This document shows positions 58,836 through 64,000 of a stretch of 64,000 nucleotides of DNA, one piece after another. Source of the stretch: an uncultured Rhodobacterales bacterium (lineage in GTDB: Bacteria; Pseudomonadota; Alphaproteobacteria; Rhodobacterales; Rhodobacteraceae). Both the position numbers and the translations under genes were made by a program. The stretch covers positions 10,159 to 74,158 of the forward strand of contig CAXBLK010000002.1 of NCBI GenBank assembly GCA_963976645.1, written 5' to 3'. Within the stretch, counting starts at the first letter, position 1, and each line of letters begins with the position of its first letter. Below the pieces are notes generated by a model, which was not told the DNA's origin, searched no databases, and was given only the letters and a program-made list of their open reading frames with translations.

Positions 58836-60008
58836 ATGGCTTCCCTCCTGATGCTTTCCCCGGCGCCGGTCGTCGAACGCGCGGGCGGCGAAGTGATTCT
58901 GGACGTGAAATTCGTCGAGGGGATGAAGCTGCATTGCCAGCTGTGGCCGGGCCCGGTGCGCTGCATTCTGTGGCGCGGGCAAACCCAGATTGACGAGCCG
59001 CTGCGCTATTCGGTGCAACAATTGGGATTTGACCTGATCTTGCTGGATGCAGGCGCGCCGGTGCCGGAATTGCTGTTGGAAGAAAGCAGCATGGTCTATT
59101 GCGCGGCCGATGACATGAAGCATCTGGACCTGCCGAAGACCATGCGCGGCCGGATCGGCAAGGTCGTCTATACCGTGGAACAATCGCTGGCCGGGCGCAT
59201 GGCGGCGGGGATCGCGCAACAGGCCAAGATCCGGCGGCGTATCGGCTCGGCTGTATGGAACCTGCGCAACGAGCGGCATCTGCGCGCGGCGCTGGCCCAG
59301 TCGGACGGTGTGCACTGCAATGGCTACCCGTCGCGCGATGCCTATTCGCGCCTGAACCCCGCGCCGCTGTTCTACCTGGACAACCGGATGCGCACGCCGA
59401 TGCTGGCCCGCGGCACCGAGCAAGCGGCGCGCGCCGACCGGCTGCGCGCGGGCGCGCCGCTGCGGCTGGCGTGGTTCGGCATGCTGACGCCGGAATCCAA
59501 CGCGCTGGATTTCCTGCCGGTCGCGCAGCTTCTGACCCTGCGCAATGTGCCGTTTGAAATGGACCTCATCGGCACCGGGCCGCTGGAAAACCGCCTGCGC
59601 GACGGGATCGCCGGGCTTGGCCTGGGCACGCAGATGCGCCTGTCGCGCCCCCAAGGATTCGATGCGCGTCTGGTGCCCCGGATGCGCCAACAGGCCGATC
59701 TGTTCCTGTCCGCCCGCCGCCTGCCGACGCCGCTGTCATCCTATGTCGAGGCGCTGGGCTGCGGGCTGCCGGTCCTGGGCTACCGCAACGCCATGTTCCG
59801 GCGCCTGCTGCGCGAGTCGGAAGCCGGGTGGATGACGCCGCGCCGCACGCCCGGATCCCTGGCGCGCCAGATCGAACGCCTTGATCGGAACCGCGAATTG
59901 ATCATCGAGGCGTCAGCCAAAGCGGTCAATTTTGCCCGCGCCAACAGCTTCGAATCGGTCTTTGCCCGCCGCATGACCCATCTGCGCGACATTGCGCATC
60001 TGGAATAG
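58836..60008 (+). CDS. Divergent GT-B (GT4-like) glycosyltransferase
   Basis: LIGTGPLE and YVEALGCGLPVLG in the C-terminal Rossmann-like domain. The N-terminus is atypical. Confidence 0.7.
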   Translation: MASLLMLSPAPVVERAGGEVILDVKFVEGMKLHCQLWPGPVRCILWRGQTQIDEPLRYSVQQLGFDLILLDAGAPVPELLLEESSMVYCAADDMKHLDLPKTMRGRIGKVVYTVEQSLAGRMAAGIAQQAKIRRRIGSAVWNLRNERHLRAALAQSDGVHCNGYPSRDAYSRLNPAPLFYLDNRMRTPMLARGTEQAARADRLRAGAPLRLAWFGMLTPESNALDFLPVAQLLTLRNVPFEMDLIGTGPLENRLRDGIAGLGLGTQMRLSRPQGFDARLVPRMRQQADLFLSARRLPTPLSSYVEALGCGLPVLGYRNAMFRRLLRESEAGWMTPRRTPGSLARQIERLDRNRELIIEASAKAVNFARANSFESVFARRMTHLRDIAHLE

Positions 60009-60011
60009 GGG

Positions 60012-60665
60012 TCAGCCGCCCATCAGCGCGCGCACGACGGCGGGAAACTCGGTCCAGTCGTCAAACGCGCGGTCATGTGTGATCCGGGCGACGGGCGTCT
60101 TGCGATAGCCTTGGGTGAACAGGGCAAAGGGCACACGCGCCGCCTGTGCCGTGCCCGCGTCAACCTCGGAATCCCCGACATACAGGACCGGCCCGCCGCC
60201 CATGGCGCCGATCACCGCATGAAGCGGGGCCGGATCGGGCTTGTGCACCGGCAGGCTGTCGCCGCCGATCACCTGTTCGAACAGATCCGACCAGCCGAAA
60301 TGGGCCAGCACCGTTCGTGTCGGCGCGATCGGCTTGTTGGTGCACAGCCCGAAGCGCCAGCCGTCCGCGCGCAGGGTGGCCAGGGCATCCTCCACGCCGG
60401 GATAGAGGCGGGTCAGGGCGTGAGCGGTCTCATATTCGGCCGCGAAGCGGGCGCGCATCCGCTCCACCCGGGCCGGATCGTGGCGGTCCGCGACCGCGCC
60501 TTCAAGCCGTTTGACATAGACGCCCGCCCCGTTGCCGATGAAGCTGCGGGTCTGCGCGAGGGACACACCGGGCAGGCCCTCGGCCACCAGAACCGCGTTG
60601 CCGGCGGCGTTGATGTCAGGCGCGCTGTCGATCAGCGTGCCGTCCAGATCGAAGACGATTTTCAT
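60012..60665 (-). CDS. gph: Phosphoglycolate phosphatase (HAD family)
   Basis: VFDLDGTLIDSAPD, IGNG, CTNKP, HKPDPAP and YVGDSEVD. Confidence 0.9.
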   Translation of the reverse strand: MKIVFDLDGTLIDSAPDINAAGNAVLVAEGLPGVSLAQTRSFIGNGAGVYVKRLEGAVADRHDPARVERMRARFAAEYETAHALTRLYPGVEDALATLRADGWRFGLCTNKPIAPTRTVLAHFGWSDLFEQVIGGDSLPVHKPDPAPLHAVIGAMGGGPVLYVGDSEVDAGTAQAARVPFALFTQGYRKTPVARITHDRAFDDWTEFPAVVRALMGG

Positions 60666-60703
60666 GGTGAAAGCACCGAAAGCAAGGGCAGGGGGAACCG
60701 GGG

Positions 60704-60766
60704 CAGGGGGGTTTCACCCCCCGGTCGCCTGCGGCGACTCCCCCCAGAGTATTTCAGGAAAGATGA
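60704..60766 (+). repeat. Double-hairpin intergenic repeat (family B), copy 3
   Basis: CAGGGGGG-TTTCA-CCCCCC, GTCGCC-TGC-GGCGAC, then CCCCCAGAGTATTTCAGGAAAGATGAA. Confidence 0.7.
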
Positions 60767-60768
60767 AT

Positions 60769-61329
60769 TCAGCGGCTTTGCGCGTGGTATTCCGGGTTCG
60801 GTTCCATGCCGATGGCCGAGGCGACGCGGTTGGACATGTTGTAGAACCCGACGACCGAGGCGATATCGAAGATATCCCGGTCGCTGAACCCGGCGTCGCG
60901 CAACGCCTGGCGATCGGTTTCCACGATTTCGGCGCTGGTCTTGGTGGCTTTTTCGGCAAAGGTCAGCATCGCGGTCTGGCGCGCGTCAAGAGAGGCGTAG
61001 CGCCAGTTCATCACCATCGCCTCGCCCAGTTCGGGCGAGCCCAGCGCGCGCACGGCGGCCCCATGGGCCACCTGGCAATACCAGCAGCGGTTGATCGAGG
61101 AGACGACCACCGCGATCATCTCGCGCTCCAGCTTGGACAGGCCCGAAGCGCCGAGCATCAGGTCATTATACATCGCGGTGAAGGCGTTCAGCTTGGCGAT
61201 GTCAAAGGCATAGGCTTGCAAGACATTGGGCACCAGGCCCAGCTTATCCTGGCAGACATCGAAATATTTCTGCGTGACTTCGGGCAATGGGTCGACCATC
61301 GGCAGGTCAAGTCTGGTGATATGGGTCAT
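60769..61329 (-). CDS. Peroxidase-related enzyme (AhpD/CMD-like)
   Basis: GLVPNV, EREMIAVVVSSINRCWYCQVAHG (CxxC-x3-H) and FYNMSNR. Confidence 0.88.
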   Translation of the reverse strand: MTHITRLDLPMVDPLPEVTQKYFDVCQDKLGLVPNVLQAYAFDIAKLNAFTAMYNDLMLGASGLSKLEREMIAVVVSSINRCWYCQVAHGAAVRALGSPELGEAMVMNWRYASLDARQTAMLTFAEKATKTSAEIVETDRQALRDAGFSDRDIFDIASVVGFYNMSNRVASAIGMEPNPEYHAQSR

Positions 61330-62036
61330 GCGGATTTCCCCCGGTAATGATAGGCGCCAGCCTGTTCCATGCCGAGCCCCTCGTAAAGGCCGCGCGCCGC
61401 GTTGTTGCGCTGCGTCACGGCAAGGGCAAGGGTTGTGGCACCGTGGTTGCGCGCCCAGTGCGCCATGCCGCGCACGCTGTAACGGGCGACGCCGGCGCGG
61501 CGGAATTCGGGCTCGATCTGAAGCGCGTGCATCATCGCGATGCCGTCATGCACGGCCACAAACCCGGCACCGGCGGCACGGTTGCGAAACCGGGCCGCGA
61601 AGCTGGTTTTCGGATCACAGGCGCGCAGCATGACGGCCACGCGGTCCGGCCCGACGCCGCCATCGGCCCAGATCTGGCGTTGAATGGCCAGCGGTTCCCA
61701 GGCTTCGAGCAGGGACACCGGGCGCGGGGCTTCGGCGATCTGGTCGATGGGTGCGGCGTATAGGATGGTGGGATCGATCACCGTGTAGCCGCGCGCCGCC
61801 AGCGCCTGATCCAGCGCCGCCTGCCCGTCGCGCACCTGGAACAGGGGCCGCGCGCCCATGGCGGCTTCGGCCTGGTCCAGCAGCGCGGCGTCGAATTCAC
61901 CGTCCTGCACGGCGGCGCTGACCCGCTTGCCGCCGCCCGCCCCGTCACGCAGGCGAAACGGCCCGAGCCTTTGGCTGGAGGCCGGCGGCCAGGTGGCTTC
62001 AAGCGCGGCAAACAGTCGATCAACCGAAGGGCTCAT
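61326..62036 (-). CDS. GNAT-family N-acetyltransferase
   Basis: GGGKRVSAA; C-terminal RRAGVA (motif A) and NNAARGLYEGLG (motif B). Confidence 0.85.
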   Translation of the reverse strand: MSPSVDRLFAALEATWPPASSQRLGPFRLRDGAGGGKRVSAAVQDGEFDAALLDQAEAAMGARPLFQVRDGQAALDQALAARGYTVIDPTILYAAPIDQIAEAPRPVSLLEAWEPLAIQRQIWADGGVGPDRVAVMLRACDPKTSFAARFRNRAAGAGFVAVHDGIAMMHALQIEPEFRRAGVARYSVRGMAHWARNHGATTLALAVTQRNNAARGLYEGLGMEQAGAYHYRGKSA

Positions 62037-62758
62037 TCGGCGCGCACCAGTTTGGCAAGCTCCACCAGAGCCGCGTCCATACGCCCGGCATCGGTGCCGC
62101 GCACCACCAGTTGCGTGCCATAGGCGCCGTTGCGCTGATAGGGGTAGGAGCCGAAATCGAGGTCAGGGAAGCGGGCGGCCAGTGCGGCCAGCGGCGCGGC
62201 GATCTCGCCCTCGCCGCGGTCCACGTCGATCATCTGGCTGAGCAGCGGATCCCCGCCCGTCAGCGTTGGCAGCACACTGGCGACCATCGCCTGAAAGATC
62301 GCCGGAACGCCGGCCATCACATGCACGTTGCCCAGCGAGAAACCGGGTGCGGCGGAAATCGGGTTGTCGATCAGCGCAGCACCTTCGGGGATGCGGGCCA
62401 TGCGCAGGCGGGCGGCGTTCAGCTCCAGCCCGGTGCGCTGGTAATGCGCTTTCAGGACCTCATGCGCATCGTCACGCACACCGATGGGCACGCCGAAGGC
62501 GGCGGCAATGGCATCGGCGGTGATGTCATCATGCGTCGGGCCGATCCCGCCCGAGGTGAACACGTGATCGGCGCGCCCGCGCAACGCGTTCACGGCGGCG
62601 ACGATGGCGTCATGGTCGTCTGAAACCACGCGCGCTTCGATCAGGCGAATGCCCCGGCCGGTCAGTTCGTTGGCCAGATGGTGCATGTTCGCGTCGCGCG
62701 TGCGGCCCGAGAGGATCTCGTCCCCGATGACAAGCATGGCGGCGGTGGGGTTTGTCAT
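62033..62758 (-). CDS. Competence/damage-inducible protein A (CinA-like, molybdopterin-binding domain)
   Basis: LVIGDEILSGRTRDAN, VSDD, TSGGIGPTHDDIT, ARLRMARIP and MAGVP. Confidence 0.9.
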   Translation of the reverse strand: MTNPTAAMLVIGDEILSGRTRDANMHHLANELTGRGIRLIEARVVSDDHDAIVAAVNALRGRADHVFTSGGIGPTHDDITADAIAAAFGVPIGVRDDAHEVLKAHYQRTGLELNAARLRMARIPEGAALIDNPISAAPGFSLGNVHVMAGVPAIFQAMVASVLPTLTGGDPLLSQMIDVDRGEGEIAAPLAALAARFPDLDFGSYPYQRNGAYGTQLVVRGTDAGRMDAALVELAKLVRAE

Positions 62759-62840
62759 GGGAACCTCGTGCTGATTTTGCGCGACACTAGCGCAGGGCCG
62801 CGGCGTTTCCAATCGGCGCAATGCGGGCTATGTGCTGGAA

Positions 62841-63518
62841 ATGGACTTTGACCGCCCCTTGCGCCGCGCCACGCTGATCCGCCGATACAAGCGGTTTCTC
62901 GCGGATATGGATCTGGATGGCCAGATGATCACCGCCCATTGCGCCAATCCGGGCTCGATGCGGGGCATGGCCGAGCCGGGTATGACTTGCTGGATCGAGG
63001 GCAACGATGACCCAAAGCGGAAACTGCGCTGGTCCTGGAAGATCGTCGAGGTGGGACGCGGAATGGCGGTGGTGGATACCGGGCTTGCCAACCATGTCGT
63101 TGCCGAGGCGTTGCGCGCGGGCGCCGTGCCGGGGCTGGAAGCAGGCGCCTTCCGCGCCGAGGTGAAGATGGGTGAGCGCAGCCGCGTGGATTTCAAACTG
63201 GCCGACGGCACGCTGCTGGAGGTCAAGAGCGTGACCCTGATGCGCGACGGTTGGGCCGAGTTTCCCGACAGCGTGACGGCGCGCGGCACCAGGCACCTGC
63301 GGGACCTGACCGAAGCCGCCCGCGCCGGGCGTCCGGCAATGATGGTGTATCTGCTGGCACGCGACGACGCCGCGCGGATCCGCATGGCCGCCGATATCGA
63401 CCCGGCCTATGCGCGCGCCTTTGGTGAGGCGCGCGATGCCGGTGTGCGCATGGTGGGGCTGGCCACGCGGATCACGCGCACAGGGGTCACCGCCGCGGGG
63501 CCGGTGCCGGTGGTCTGA
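62841..63518 (+). CDS. sfsA: DNA/RNA nuclease SfsA
   Basis: RRYKRFLAD, AHCANPGSM, EVK, SRVDF, EVKSVT and FPDSVTARGTRHL. An alternative GTG start lies at 62832. Confidence 0.93.
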   Translation: MDFDRPLRRATLIRRYKRFLADMDLDGQMITAHCANPGSMRGMAEPGMTCWIEGNDDPKRKLRWSWKIVEVGRGMAVVDTGLANHVVAEALRAGAVPGLEAGAFRAEVKMGERSRVDFKLADGTLLEVKSVTLMRDGWAEFPDSVTARGTRHLRDLTEAARAGRPAMMVYLLARDDAARIRMAADIDPAYARAFGEARDAGVRMVGLATRITRTGVTAAGPVPVV

Positions 63519-63523
63519 CCGGG

Positions 63524-64000
63524 TTACAGGTGCGTCGTGAACGGGATCTTGATGCCGAAAGTCAGGGTGGCCGGCTGCATCCCGCCGCCGCGCAGGGTGC
63601 GCATCTGGCCGACGCCCAGCGACAGCCGCCAGGACGGCGCAACCTGGTAATCCAGCTCGGCCCGCAGGGCGCCGACAAAGCCGCCAGCGGTGTTCACGCC
63701 ACCACCGCCGGCAACGCCGATATGCCCCTCAAGCGACAGGCTCCAACGGTCGGAGAGCGGAAATTCATAGCCCGCGCCCAGCGATCCGATGGCATAGCCC
63801 GCAACGCCGCCCGCCATCGTGGTTTGCGCCGTGCCGGTGACGTAGAACCGGCGGCCCACGAAGTAATCGATCGAGCTTTCCTGCATGACCACCAGATTGG
63901 CGAGATTGCCCGGGGCCATGAAGTAATTCGCGCCCACCTGCTGCGCCGAAAACCCTGCCGAGAACGCCCATCGCTGACCCGTGCCATCGGCCTGCACCGG
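63524..64000 (-). CDS. C-terminal part of a probable outer-membrane beta-barrel protein (5' end off the window)
   Basis: The frame is open to the window end. Alternating hydrophobic strands with aromatic ends (GAGYEF, ELDYQV, FGIKIPF). Confidence 0.6.
   Translation of the reverse strand, partial: PVQADGTGQRWAFSAGFSAQQVGANYFMAPGNLANLVVMQESSIDYFVGRRFYVTGTAQTTMAGGVAGYAIGSLGAGYEFPLSDRWSLSLEGHIGVAGGGGVNTAGGFVGALRAELDYQVAPSWRLSLGVGQMRTLRGGGMQPATLTFGIKIPFTTHL

Noticed and set aside
29983-60008. The PKS-NRPS-EPS locus as a recently acquired genomic island
   Set aside because: No integrase, transposase, tRNA or flanking direct repeat was seen. GC looks like the host's high-GC core, and host-type repeats occur inside it.
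1-64000. tRNA, rRNA, CRISPR array or known riboswitch
   Set aside because: No cloverleaf, rRNA-like tract or regularly spaced repeat array was recognised. Intergenic gaps are short and explained by promoters, REP-like repeats or oriC. An Infernal/tRNAscan run would be needed to exclude small RNAs.

Overview
A GC-rich alphaproteobacterial (Rhodobacterales-like) chromosome window that spans the probable replication origin. From 1 to ~30 kb it holds conserved core genes: addA(partial)-addB-tsaE, hslVU, argG, a ribokinase, maeB, mutS, grpE-hrcA, rph-rdgB-hemW, parB-parA-rsmG-mnmG-mnmE-rho, oriC, and maf-aroE-coaE-dnaQ. Three parS palindromes sit inside coding sequence, and GC drops markedly over the parS zone. 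From ~30 to 60 kb there is an accessory locus. A translationally coupled PKS / GT2 / formyltransferase-NRPS-luciferase-like monooxygenase / PPTase block lies directly downstream of a Wzy-like gene and is embedded among Wzx/Wzy exopolysaccharide genes (glycosyltransferases, a co-polymerase, a BY-kinase homologue with an altered Walker A, and a secreted GH-like protein). The locus is interrupted by a thiolase / acyl-CoA synthetase / DUF296-like trio and idi. An exact 656-bp tandem duplication covers the idi/wzz boundary. Two families of short palindromic intergenic repeats (3 copies each) and a 49-aa membrane ORF missed by the ORF track are also present. I saw no rRNA, tRNA, CRISPR array, transposase or integrase. 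The best candidate for an uncharacterised system is the NRPS-PKS-polysaccharide hybrid, possibly making an N-formyl-glycine-derived acyl group that decorates a surface glycan. That function is inference. All family assignments come from reading motifs by eye; no database searches were run.
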